A DNA stretch of 64,000 bases. It comes from an uncultured Pseudanabaenaceae cyanobacterium. Lineage in GTDB: Bacteria > Cyanobacteriota > Cyanobacteriia > PCC-9006 > JAAUQQ01. Below the pieces are notes generated by a model. That model did not search any database, was not told the origin of the DNA, and worked only from the letters and a program-made list of their open reading frames with translations. The position numbers were made by a program, and so were the translations under genes. Shown here one piece after another: positions 36,028-45,332 of the stretch; the stretch's first letter is position 1, and the number at the start of each line of letters is the position of its first letter. The DNA is taken from positions 6,760 through 70,759 of the forward strand of contig CALLAT010000009.1 in NCBI GenBank assembly GCA_938002085.1, read 5' to 3'.

Positions 36028-38510
36028 TGAATTGGAGTCGTATCGCAGCATTACAGCTAGGGGTGGCCTGGGCGATCGCGTTCAGCTCCCCCGTTGTTGC
36101 CCTGTCCAAGGTTATGCAGCCTAAGGTTATGCAGCCCACAGCCACCCTCGCCCAGACCAGCACCCCAGGGTCTCGTCTTTCGGTGGAGCAGCGCTATCAA
36201 ACAGCCAAGCAACAGGCTGAATCAGGGCAGTACGATGCTGCGATCGCGACCTATCAAGCCACCCTCACCGAAGCCCGCTCTGCTGCCCCTGACTTTGTCC
36301 CATTTCTGCTGGGCAACCTGGCCATTGCCTATCGCGTCACCGGGCAATATCAGTTGGCGATCGCCAAGAACCAGGAGGTCATTGCCCTCTTCAGACAACA
36401 GGGCAATACTGCTCTGGAAGGCCGAGCCCTGAGTAACCTAGGCAATGTTTACGAAGCCCTGGGCAACTACGACCAAGCCCAGCAAGCCTTTGAACAGGCC
36501 CAATCCCTCGCCCAGCAAACCGGAGACCGGGCAGGACAAACTGTGTTGTGGAATAGCTTGGGGGTTCTCGCGGCCAAGCAGGGAAAGTCTAACGAAGCTA
36601 TTGCGGCCTACCAGCGCAGTCTTGCCTTGGCAACGGAGAGTGGCAATGGCGCTGCCCAGGCCAGTAGCTGGCTTAACTTAGGGGATGCCTTCCACGCTAA
36701 GGGAAAGCTCAATCAAGCCCTCGATTACTACCAAGACAGCTTGGCTGCGGCTCAGTCACTAGACAATGCCACGCTGGAAGCCGAAGCCTTGGGAAGCTTA
36801 GGCGTTGCCTATACCAGTCGTCGCGATTTCGCTAAAGCGGTTGAGCATCTGGAGCAAAGCTTGGCTTTATTTGAGGCCAAGGGCGATCGCGCCCGCCTCT
36901 CCCTCACGCTCAATAACCTGGGCCATGCCCATTACAATGCCCGCCAATACAGCCAGGCCGAAGCTCAACTGCGACGCGCTCTGACCGTGCTGGATGACCT
37001 ACGCCAGGGCCTGAGTGACCTCGATAAGGTCTCCATCTTCGATACCCAAACCAAAACCTATAACCTGCTCCAGCAAGTTCTCAGCACCCAAAGCCGCAGT
37101 GCGGATTCCCTTGAAGTAGCGGAGTGGGGCCGGGCTCGGGCCTTTGCAGATTTGCTCAACCAGCGCCTCGAAGATAAAGGTGATGCTTTGACAACTGTCG
37201 AGCCACCTAGGATTGCGGAACTGCAGCGTATTGCCCGCGATCGCCAGGCCACCCTGGTTGAATACACCCTAGTGCCCGAAGACGACTTTCTTCACCAGGG
37301 CAAGCAGATGGGCATTCCAGAAGCCATCTACATTTGGGTCGTCCAGCCCGATGGCAAAGTCCACCAGCGCCGGGCCGACCTCAAACCCCTGATTGCTCAA
37401 CAACAACCGTTGGAATTATTGGTGCGAGCCTCGCGATGCTTTGAGTCTGCCCGTATTTGTAAGCGCCAACTGCAGCGGCAAATGCGAGAGCGAGCAGCGG
37501 AGGGCTCGCGAGGATTTAGTTTTAATCCTCCTGAACCTGCAGAGGTTGTCGAAGCCTCTAGCCCCAATCGACAAAGCTATGCAGGATTGCAGCAGCTCCA
37601 TCAGTTGCTGATCGAACCCATCGCTGAGCTATTGCCCGATGACCCGGAGCAACAGGTGATTGTGATTCCCCAGGGGGAGTTATTTCTCGTGCCGTTTCCA
37701 GCCTTGCAGGATGAGTCAGGAGAATTCCTGATTGCTCGCCACACCTTATTAACCGCCCCATCCATTCAAACCCTGGCCTTAACAGAACGGGCTAAAGCTC
37801 GATTACCCAAGCATCAGAAGACAGCGCAGGACTTTCTTGTGGTTGGCAATCCCACCATGCCCACTGTGGCGTTGCGTCCTGATTTGCCAGCCACGCCTCT
37901 GGCTCCCTTGCCCGGCTCTGAAGCGGAGGCGATCGCCATTGCGTCAGCCCTCAATGCCCAGCCTCTCATCGGTCCCCAGGCCAAAGAATCGGTGGTGCTC
38001 AAACGCTTGTCCCAAGCTCGCTGGGTTCACTTCGCCACCCATGGGTTGCTGAGCTACGGTGTAGGTCCAGCGGGGCAAAAAATTGGACGCCGTCCCGTAC
38101 CGGGAGCGATCGCCTTAGCCACCGATGCAGCCGGCACCGCCAGTGATGGCCTCGGGGCCGATAACATTCGCCTGGATGGTCTGCTGACCTCCAGTGAAAT
38201 CATCAACTTGCGTCTCAATGCGGAGCTGGTGGTGCTCAGCGCCTGTGATACAGGGCGCGGTGACTTGACCGGAGATGGTGTGGTTGGACTCGCTCGGGCC
38301 TGGATGGGAGCTGGAGTACCTTCGGTGGTGGTGTCGCTTTGGGCTGTTTCTGATGAATCGACTGCTGCGTTAATGCAGACGTTCTACGACAACTTAGGCC
38401 AGGGTCTGACTAAGGCTCAAGCCTTGCGCCAGGCTATGTTGACGACCTCCCAAACCTATCCCAACCCCTCGGATTGGTCGGCCTTTACGCTACTGGGCGA
38501 GGCAGAATAA
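36027..38510 (+). CDS. Exported TPR-repeat CHAT-domain (caspase-like peptidase) protein
   Basis: The ATG overlaps the upstream TAA (TAATG, 36025..36029). The N-terminus is signal-like ([27 protein letters not shown]). Multiple TPRs span about 36183..37002. The CHAT domain spans about 37585..38507, with His 38040..38042 (VHFATHG) and Cys 38244..38246 (VVLSACDTG). Confidence 0.92.
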   Translation: MNWSRIAALQLGVAWAIAFSSPVVALSKVMQPKVMQPTATLAQTSTPGSRLSVEQRYQTAKQQAESGQYDAAIATYQATLTEARSAAPDFVPFLLGNLAIAYRVTGQYQLAIAKNQEVIALFRQQGNTALEGRALSNLGNVYEALGNYDQAQQAFEQAQSLAQQTGDRAGQTVLWNSLGVLAAKQGKSNEAIAAYQRSLALATESGNGAAQASSWLNLGDAFHAKGKLNQALDYYQDSLAAAQSLDNATLEAEALGSLGVAYTSRRDFAKAVEHLEQSLALFEAKGDRARLSLTLNNLGHAHYNARQYSQAEAQLRRALTVLDDLRQGLSDLDKVSIFDTQTKTYNLLQQVLSTQSRSADSLEVAEWGRARAFADLLNQRLEDKGDALTTVEPPRIAELQRIARDRQATLVEYTLVPEDDFLHQGKQMGIPEAIYIWVVQPDGKVHQRRADLKPLIAQQQPLELLVRASRCFESARICKRQLQRQMRERAAEGSRGFSFNPPEPAEVVEASSPNRQSYAGLQQLHQLLIEPIAELLPDDPEQQVIVIPQGELFLVPFPALQDESGEFLIARHTLLTAPSIQTLALTERAKARLPKHQKTAQDFLVVGNPTMPTVALRPDLPATPLAPLPGSEAEAIAIASALNAQPLIGPQAKESVVLKRLSQARWVHFATHGLLSYGVGPAGQKIGRRPVPGAIALATDAAGTASDGLGADNIRLDGLLTSSEIINLRLNAELVVLSACDTGRGDLTGDGVVGLARAWMGAGVPSVVVSLWAVSDESTAALMQTFYDNLGQGLTKAQALRQAMLTTSQTYPNPSDWSAFTLLGEAE

Positions 38511-39535
38511 GTCTCTGGATTAGCTTGGCTGCGATGAATCGCCTGGTTTCGACCCTGTTGTTTCGCCAAGTACAGCGCTTGGTCGGCGGACTTGAGTATT
38601 TGGGCAGGGGGCATGTTATTCAGGGGCATGCAGGTACTAATGCCTTGGCTCACCGTGACATAGTTGCTCACGCTGGATGACTCATGGTGTATTTCCAGGC
38701 GAGCAATTTCGGTTTGAATGCGATCGGCGACGTAGATCGCTCCTGCTGCATCAACGTTGGGCAGAATGATGGCAAATTCTTCTCCGCCGTAGCGAGTGAG
38801 TAAATCCCCTGGACGCTTCAGCAGAAGTTTTACAGCTTGGGCAATTTGCGCCAGGCAAGTATCTCCGGCGGGGTGGCCATAGCGATCGTTATAGGCCTTG
38901 AAATAGTCGATGTCGAAGAGGATGAGTGAGAGAGGCATGCGTTCCCGACGCAGCCTGAGCCATTCTTGGTTGAGGCGCTCATCAAAACAGCGACGGTTGC
39001 CGACTTGGGTCAGCCCGTCAATATGGACGAGCTGTTGGAGTTTTCGATTATTTTCGGTGACGGTGCGGTTGCGTAGTTGGAGAGTTTTATTGGCCTGTTG
39101 AAGATTGCGGTTTGCCGTTTTCAGAGTCGTTGTCTGTTGCCGAATGCGTAGATGATTGTCCACTCGGGCCAGTAACTCCAACCGTTCAAGCGGCTTGGTC
39201 ACATAATCTACGCCGCCAGCTTTAAAGCCTTGAACCTTGTATTGGGGTTCGTCCAAGGCAGTCATGAAAATGATGGGGGTTTCGCTGAGAACAGGGTCGG
39301 TTTTGAGTTGTTTGCACAGCTCAAAGCCACTTATGTCAGGCAACATGACATCCAGCAAGATCAGTTGTGGCTTCACCAGTTGGGCGCTTTCCAGGGCACT
39401 ATTTCCGTCGGTAGCCACAGCCATCTCGAATTGCTTCTCTGCCAGAAAATTTAGCGCAACGCTGAGATTCTCGGGATTATCATCTACAACTAAAATGCTT
39501 GGCTTGGCTGGCTTGGAGAGAGAGGCTAGGGACAT
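38456..39535 (-). CDS. Response-regulator diguanylate cyclase (REC-coiled coil-GGDEF)
   Basis: REC domain (ILVVDDNPENL..DVMLPDISGFELC..). GGDEF domain with RYGGEEFAIIL and an RxxD I-site (RPGD) five residues upstream. ATG is at 39535. The 3' end overlaps the TPR-CHAT gene by 55 nt. Confidence 0.9.
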   Translation of the reverse strand: MSLASLSKPAKPSILVVDDNPENLSVALNFLAEKQFEMAVATDGNSALESAQLVKPQLILLDVMLPDISGFELCKQLKTDPVLSETPIIFMTALDEPQYKVQGFKAGGVDYVTKPLERLELLARVDNHLRIRQQTTTLKTANRNLQQANKTLQLRNRTVTENNRKLQQLVHIDGLTQVGNRRCFDERLNQEWLRLRRERMPLSLILFDIDYFKAYNDRYGHPAGDTCLAQIAQAVKLLLKRPGDLLTRYGGEEFAIILPNVDAAGAIYVADRIQTEIARLEIHHESSSVSNYVTVSQGISTCMPLNNMPPAQILKSADQALYLAKQQGRNQAIHRSQANPETYSASPSSVKADQSEGLG

Positions 39536-39791
39536 TGGGTTGGTTGATGCAAAAGCGCTCAGGCGACCTGAGGTTAACAAAAAATGCCATGGAAAATTGC
39601 AATCTCAGTGACAGCTATGGGTGTATGCACGGATTGATGCTTGCAGTTACGCAAGGATTCTCTACCCCCATGCCTGTCGATTGATGCCAATCTAGGTTGT
39701 CAACCTAACCTAGAATGCCCGTCTTGCAGCCAGATACCGTCTCAAGAGCCAAATTAAAATGAGAGGCCTGGAAATTGCTTAGTGAGTCTTA

Positions 39792-40250
39792 CTACTCCTG
39801 AAATCCTTTGAAGGGCCGCAGCCAACCTTGGTCCAGTCCTAGATCTAAGACGACTCTCGCGATCGCCATCAAGACCAAGCTCTCTCCCAACAGAACGATT
39901 AACAGCAACCAATCGCCCTGAAGTAACCAGGCGGCATCGACTTGGGCCAAACCTCGCACGAGGCCAAAGGCCAGTACTGCCCCACTACGCAGATGAGAGC
40001 TGGGGTCTTCACGGATCACATAGCGATAGGTGACGGCGAAGAGAAAGCCCGTGAGGCAGGCGATCGCCCATCCTAAGCTTTGCCAAGGCAATGGACTGAT
40101 GAGACTCCCAGGGGCTTCACCGCCGTTGAAGTTGTGTAGCTCTGGCAGCAATGTCGCTTCTAAAAGCGATAACAAGATGGCAGTTACGACACAGGAGATC
40201 GCCCCCAATAGACCGGCTTTAATGGATTCAATTCGTTCTTGCCAGAGCAT
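39792..40250 (-). CDS. Hypothetical integral membrane protein (~4 TM)
   Basis: 152-aa ORF with four hydrophobic helices. I recognise no family. Confidence 0.55.
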   Translation of the reverse strand: MLWQERIESIKAGLLGAISCVVTAILLSLLEATLLPELHNFNGGEAPGSLISPLPWQSLGWAIACLTGFLFAVTYRYVIREDPSSHLRSGAVLAFGLVRGLAQVDAAWLLQGDWLLLIVLLGESLVLMAIARVVLDLGLDQGWLRPFKGFQE

Positions 40251-40481
40251 AGATGCAGCGGAATCTAAAGGGAGCAGTGACGGCCTGGCAATTACTATAT
40301 CCGTCTCTGTCCCTTGGGTGAATCTTCAGGATGGTGCCTTACAAAGCCATCAAAAGCCCCTCGGAGTCAACCATGTGGGTCTCTGAAGGGCTGATATGGG
40401 TTCTGCTCCATCACTGATTTTCGTGGGAGCTCATCAAAGATGAGTGATATGGGGATTGTGAATGTGGAGCTATAGATGGGG

Positions 40482-41057
40482 TCAAGGCTGAGCCCAGGAG
40501 CGACGCTGGCGACGATAGGCCAGTTTGAGACCGCGCAACGTTTTCAGCCAGGCATAAGCCGGACGATGGAAGAAGGTGAAAATATCACCAAAGGCCGCTT
40601 CGGCATCTTTATGGTGCTGCCAATGGCGCTCTGGTGTCGTGATGCAGCAAACTTCGCAGATATGCTGAATCCATTGGGGGGTAACTTTGCCCGCAGCAGT
40701 AATGTGACGCCACACCACATGGAATTCGCCTAATGCCAAGCCGACCAGCGTGCCAACTGGGGAGAGCTGCCAAAGCCAAGGAATACAGAGGAAATAGGGG
40801 AGAGCACCCAGGAATCCGTCTAGTAATACAAGGGGATTGCGGGTGAGAACGGCATAGTGAATAAAGCTTCGATTGGCCCCGTGGTGGACGAGACTGTGGA
40901 ATTTCCCAAAGACATGTTCTGGCACGTGATAGCCAAAGGTCGAAATGAAGTCTCCTAGAAAGAGCAGGAGAAAAGCAGCTAAAAATCCTAGGGCAATGTC
41001 CAAGATTAAATTCCTCAAATTGCATCTGTAAGCGACCCTGTAAGGGCAGATTAGCAA
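40482..41057 (-). CDS. Fatty-acid hydroxylase/desaturase-superfamily membrane protein (three His boxes)
   Basis: His boxes HSLVHH, HVVWRH and HWQHH in a hydrophobic protein. The start is uncertain: the ORF-track start is a TTG, and a TTG at 41003 preceded by gagg is an alternative. Confidence 0.65.
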   Translation of the reverse strand: MLICPYRVAYRCNLRNLILDIALGFLAAFLLLFLGDFISTFGYHVPEHVFGKFHSLVHHGANRSFIHYAVLTRNPLVLLDGFLGALPYFLCIPWLWQLSPVGTLVGLALGEFHVVWRHITAAGKVTPQWIQHICEVCCITTPERHWQHHKDAEAAFGDIFTFFHRPAYAWLKTLRGLKLAYRRQRRSWAQP

Positions 41058-41254
41058 TAGGAATTTAAGGCTGATTTAATATTTGGTTTAGATTACTTCG
41101 TCAGGAAATTAAGTGATGCTGTAATGCAGATGACAATGTGATCTTGACGACTTATTTGGGGTGAGACACATGACATTTATCGAGAGTTGAAGCGGTTGAA
41201 TAGAGGCTAATTCTCGTCACCAAATTTGGGATTTTATTTTGCTGAATTAGAGAA

Positions 41255-42256
41255 TCACTCCATGGAGGAGCCATCTGCGCTGGATTTCAACCAGCTGCGA
41301 GTGCCAAAGGATTGACAGGCACGACTGGCGATCGCAGCCGCAGCTTCCAGAGCCTGGGGAAAATCCAACTCCAAAATGTAGTGGCAAAAGGCTCCATGGA
41401 AAATGTCACCTGCCCCCAAAGTATCGACGGCCTGAATTCTAGGCACGGTTATTTCACCGCTTTCGCCCCTAGGAATTGTTGTTGATGAGGGAGTACTAGG
41501 CTCACTCTCGTCTTGCCGTTGCCAATAAGAGATCGGCCCATCGCCATGGCTAAAGGCAATGTGGGGAACGCCCAGGCCTTGCAGATAAGCTAGGGCTTCT
41601 GCCTCGTTGTGACAGCCCGGTGGCCGAAAATCAGCAGAGCAAATGGCGTAGTCCGTTGCCGATAAAACCGCTTCAAAACCTGGCTTCCAGCTGCCGCCGT
41701 CAACCACGACCGGAATTTTTTTGTCCTGGGCTCTGGGGGCAAGATGGCCAGAGAGTTCCATTTGATGCCCATCAATTAAGAGGATGTCTAGCCCATTGAG
41801 TCTGTCTTGGAATTGAGCATCGGGCGTTGTCTCTCCAGGATTCTTCGGAGGAGCCGCGATTTGATGCCGTTTGGCATTAATCGAAATAATGGCTCGCTCC
41901 CCCGTTTGAGCATTCACCACAATGGAGGAGAGGCTGGGCGGTTCACGATGCTCTGGGGCTAAATCGTGAAGCCTGATATTCCAGCGCTGAGCATCGCTCC
42001 GAATGATCTGGGTGAGGGGATGCTGACCAATCACTGCGGCCAGCTGGGCCTCATTGCGATCGCTGAGCTGGGCAAAGGTGACTGCGGCATTGGTGGCGGG
42101 ACCGCCGGGACTCATTTGATAGTCCTGGGCCACTTGCTTTTCATTGGTGCCGAGGGGGCTGTGGGCTAAGTAAATGATGTCTAGGGTGGCTAGGCCGAGG
42201 AACAACCCTCTACATTTGGCCGAAGCCTTGAGGCTGGTTTTGGGAGAGAGTTGCAT
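41255..42256 (-). CDS. PfkB-family carbohydrate kinase
   Basis: The PfkB signature DTLGAGDIFHGAF lies near the C-terminus. The N-terminus is GLATLDIIY and the length is ribokinase-like. Confidence 0.85.
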   Translation of the reverse strand: MQLSPKTSLKASAKCRGLFLGLATLDIIYLAHSPLGTNEKQVAQDYQMSPGGPATNAAVTFAQLSDRNEAQLAAVIGQHPLTQIIRSDAQRWNIRLHDLAPEHREPPSLSSIVVNAQTGERAIISINAKRHQIAAPPKNPGETTPDAQFQDRLNGLDILLIDGHQMELSGHLAPRAQDKKIPVVVDGGSWKPGFEAVLSATDYAICSADFRPPGCHNEAEALAYLQGLGVPHIAFSHGDGPISYWQRQDESEPSTPSSTTIPRGESGEITVPRIQAVDTLGAGDIFHGAFCHYILELDFPQALEAAAAIASRACQSFGTRSWLKSSADGSSME

Positions 42257-42652
42257 AGGCGGTCACCGAAGCGAAAGAGAGAAGAAATCGTTCTGTCTCG
42301 ATTGAATTTTTGGGTAGGCACATTCTAGCTTTGGAGACTTCTCAGCATGATCGGAAACTTTGGCTCCTGTGCTCCCATGGTCCATGGACTTGACTGTTGG
42401 AGTGAGATGAAATTCCGGGACTTATTTCTATGACGGGTAATGATTGAATGATTTCTAACCTCCTATCCTCTCACCAGAATCAGGGAGATTCCGATGATTT
42501 TGACCTTAAAAATTTTTCCCTTGAAGCTGTTTTAAGGATTCGGCCTGTAGGGCCATGTATCTATGGAATGTACATAGAATTTTGAGTAGTCCAGGGTAGC
42601 AAATGCATCGTGATGATCATTTCTACAAGCCGTTTCTCCCCGTTATTGAACT

Positions 42653-43339
42653 GTGAACTCTTCTCCGGTTTTCCTTCAGGAAAAGGATGAGGCATCTCCT
42701 GCCGACTCATCATTTCCTGTCTCTCTAGAAGCCCATGTTTCGGTCCATAGCAGACTGAAGCGAGCCTTAGATATCTTGGGTGCCTGTATTGGTTTAGGCT
42801 TTTTTGCACTGGTTTTTCCTGTACTCGCGATCGCAATTGCTTTAGATAGTAAAGGCCCTATTTTTTACAGCCAGAAGCGCTGTGGTTTGAAGGGAAAGCC
42901 ATTTCGAATCTGGAAGCTGCGCAGCATGGTCGTAGATGCGGATCAGCTCAAAGGCCAGATTCAAAATGAAGCCAAGGGATTGATTTTTAAAAACAAAAAT
43001 GATCCTCGCATCACTCGCGTGGGTTGCTTTCTTCGTAAGACGAGTTTGGATGAGTTTCCACAATTCTGGAATGTCTTGAAAGGAGAGATGAGCCTCGTGG
43101 GAACCCGGCCTCCCACGCTAGATGAAACAGCCCAATATAGCCCCCACCATTGGCTACGCCTTCAAGTGAAGCCAGGCATCACGGGAGAATGGCAGGCGAA
43201 GGGTCGCTCCCAAGTGGATGATTTCGAGGCGATCGTGGCTATGGACTTGCATTACCAGTCTCGTTGGAGCGTTGCCTACGATATCCAATTGATTTTGGCC
43301 ACCGTTGGAGCTGTCCTTCAGCGACGTGGCGCCTGCTAA
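42653..43339 (+). CDS. Polyprenyl-phosphate sugar phosphotransferase (bacterial sugar transferase family, EPS priming enzyme)
   Basis: [95 protein letters not shown]. The start is a GTG and is uncertain. Confidence 0.88.
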   Translation: MNSSPVFLQEKDEASPADSSFPVSLEAHVSVHSRLKRALDILGACIGLGFFALVFPVLAIAIALDSKGPIFYSQKRCGLKGKPFRIWKLRSMVVDADQLKGQIQNEAKGLIFKNKNDPRITRVGCFLRKTSLDEFPQFWNVLKGEMSLVGTRPPTLDETAQYSPHHWLRLQVKPGITGEWQAKGRSQVDDFEAIVAMDLHYQSRWSVAYDIQLILATVGAVLQRRGAC

Positions 43340-43601
43340 ACCAGCAGATTGGATCTTTCGTGACCGACTGCACTAGCGTAATTGCTCTTTCGATCTCGTC
43401 AACTTGAGGCCGTACTCAGCAATGCGACAGATGCAATCGTTTCGATCATTCTGACTTTGCCCTCTGCTTGGGAGCCCAGCCTCCCCTCAATGTTCGTTTT
43501 GCGGATGGTGTAAAGCGCTGAGTCTCTGAGAATATCCATGGGTGATATGACCCAATAGGGCCATTCTGGGGCATATTATCTGTGGAACTTGAGGCTATTC
43601 C

Positions 43602-44060
43602 ATGACCATCGATGCCGTCCATCAGGCCTATCAACAACAGCTCCAGCAATTTTATGGCGATCAGTCCGTGGCTGATGAGTCTGAGCGGTTGTTGCTAACC
43701 GGGAGTGGAGGTCCCTTCTCGGATTATGCGATGCCCTCTCTGAGTGAGTCAGAGAACCGGGAGGGCATGCCAGAGACAATGCTGACGGCCTACGACTATT
43801 ACCGCGAACATATTGTGGCGAAAGATTTAGGGTCGGCCTACGGCGTGACGCTGCTGGTGGGAGAGCAAATTACCTTTGGCGTGGTGGTCACTACAGATGG
43901 TGACGATGGCTGGCTAGAAGTGTTTGATATTGAAGGACAGCAACTCGGAGTCGCTCGAACTTGTTTAGATAAAGTTCTGTGGGGAGATTGCCAGGAGATG
44001 CGAGCTTTGGTCTCTAGCAGTGCGTTGCCGCCGGAACTAGAAGCTCAATTGCCAGCTTAG
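43602..44060 (+). CDS. Hypothetical protein
   Basis: 152-aa ORF with ordinary composition. I recognise no family. Confidence 0.5.
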   Translation: MTIDAVHQAYQQQLQQFYGDQSVADESERLLLTGSGGPFSDYAMPSLSESENREGMPETMLTAYDYYREHIVAKDLGSAYGVTLLVGEQITFGVVVTTDGDDGWLEVFDIEGQQLGVARTCLDKVLWGDCQEMRALVSSSALPPELEAQLPA

Positions 44061-44145
44061 GCAGACAGCTTCTTTCATTGCAGACTGAGCCAACCATTAG
44101 CCGAGCCGAGCATTGGCTCAGCCGATGAGAATGCATCGAATTGGG

Positions 44146-44709
44146 CTAAAACGCAGATTGGGTTTTGAGCTCGCGATCGCGCCCGACTCGTTGGCCCTGA
44201 CTTGCATCTGCAGGATAGCCTTCGATTCCGTAACTCAACAGCACATCCTCTAGTCTGCCTTTTAGAGTGGTGCCAATGACTAAGTCTCGCCAACCATTGG
44301 TTCGACTCTCGCTGAGCAATACCGGTTGACGGACCCGCTCGATGCGAGACAAAAATAAGAAATCGTTGTCGCTCAGGCCTCGGAAAACAAGCAGAGGACA
44401 ACCGCTTAACCCGCACCAGTCCGGCCCTTGAAGCATGACAAGTGCATCCTTGAGGCTGTCGTTGTCTAAGTCCTGGTAAGCCACCTCATAGGGACTCGCC
44501 GCGAAGGCATTGATGCTGAGGAAGTAATCATTCAGGGCATCAGTGACGCCATCGCCTTCGGGGAGCAGGCGTTCCGTCACCTGAGACTCATCGTTGCTGC
44601 TGGGTTGACAGCTGCCCAGGCCCAACGAGGTTGCTCCTAGCAGCCCTGCTAAGACGAGCCCTGCCCAAAGGGAGCGAGGCTGTAACTTGGGCCAGATTTC
44701 ACGGCTCAT
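44146..44709 (-). CDS. Hypothetical lipoprotein
   Basis: The ATG at 44709 lies 4 nt after the upstream gene's stop. A signal peptide plus lipobox is present (LLGATSLGLGSC). Confidence 0.6.
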   Translation of the reverse strand: MSREIWPKLQPRSLWAGLVLAGLLGATSLGLGSCQPSSNDESQVTERLLPEGDGVTDALNDYFLSINAFAASPYEVAYQDLDNDSLKDALVMLQGPDWCGLSGCPLLVFRGLSDNDFLFLSRIERVRQPVLLSESRTNGWRDLVIGTTLKGRLEDVLLSYGIEGYPADASQGQRVGRDRELKTQSAF

Positions 44710-44713
44710 AGTC

Positions 44714-45265
44714 TTAGCTAATTCCGAAGGAGCCAAAGGCTACAGGCCAGGTATTCCAGACGAACAGAGCGATCGCCGCGATCGCCAAAATCACCTCCAG
44801 CAGGTTCCCCACAATGGAGCCCACCGCCACCGCCACACTGACCTTGAGTGATTGCTCCACCCGAGGCTTAAATTCCAGCTTGCCGCGATAGAAGAACTCG
44901 CCCACAAAAGCGCCAGCCACTGCGCCAAACAAAATCCCCAGTAATGGACCCCCCAGGGGCAGCGCAGGCAAGAGGCCAAAGAAGCCCAGCACCATGCCTA
45001 GGATGGCTCCAAACTGGGCCCAGCTACTGGCTCCCACCTGACGAGCCCCCCAGTATGCGGCGAACCACTCAATGCCTGCGCTGAGAATCAGGGCGATAAA
45101 AATGAGAATTAGGGGCCAGAGGGCGATCGCAAAGTTGGTCGCGACGCACCAAATCAAGATCGCGATGAGAATAAGACTGGGGCCGGGAATGCCGGGCAAA
45201 ACAGCTCCGGCCACACCGACCAGCATGGTGGCGATTAGAATCCAGTACAGAACGGTCAAATCCAT
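44714..45265 (-). CDS. DUF456 family membrane protein
   Basis: MDLTVLYWILIATMLVGVAGAVLPGIPGPSLILIAILIW and a repeated Gly-rich TM pattern typical of DUF456. Confidence 0.7.
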   Translation of the reverse strand: MDLTVLYWILIATMLVGVAGAVLPGIPGPSLILIAILIWCVATNFAIALWPLILIFIALILSAGIEWFAAYWGARQVGASSWAQFGAILGMVLGFFGLLPALPLGGPLLGILFGAVAGAFVGEFFYRGKLEFKPRVEQSLKVSVAVAVGSIVGNLLEVILAIAAIALFVWNTWPVAFGSFGIS

Positions 45266-45332
45266 GGCAGTCTCCCCAGGGCTGAGCTGAAGGGGCTAGA
45301 GGGTAGGTCGGTTTCTCGTTGGGCAGGCGGGC

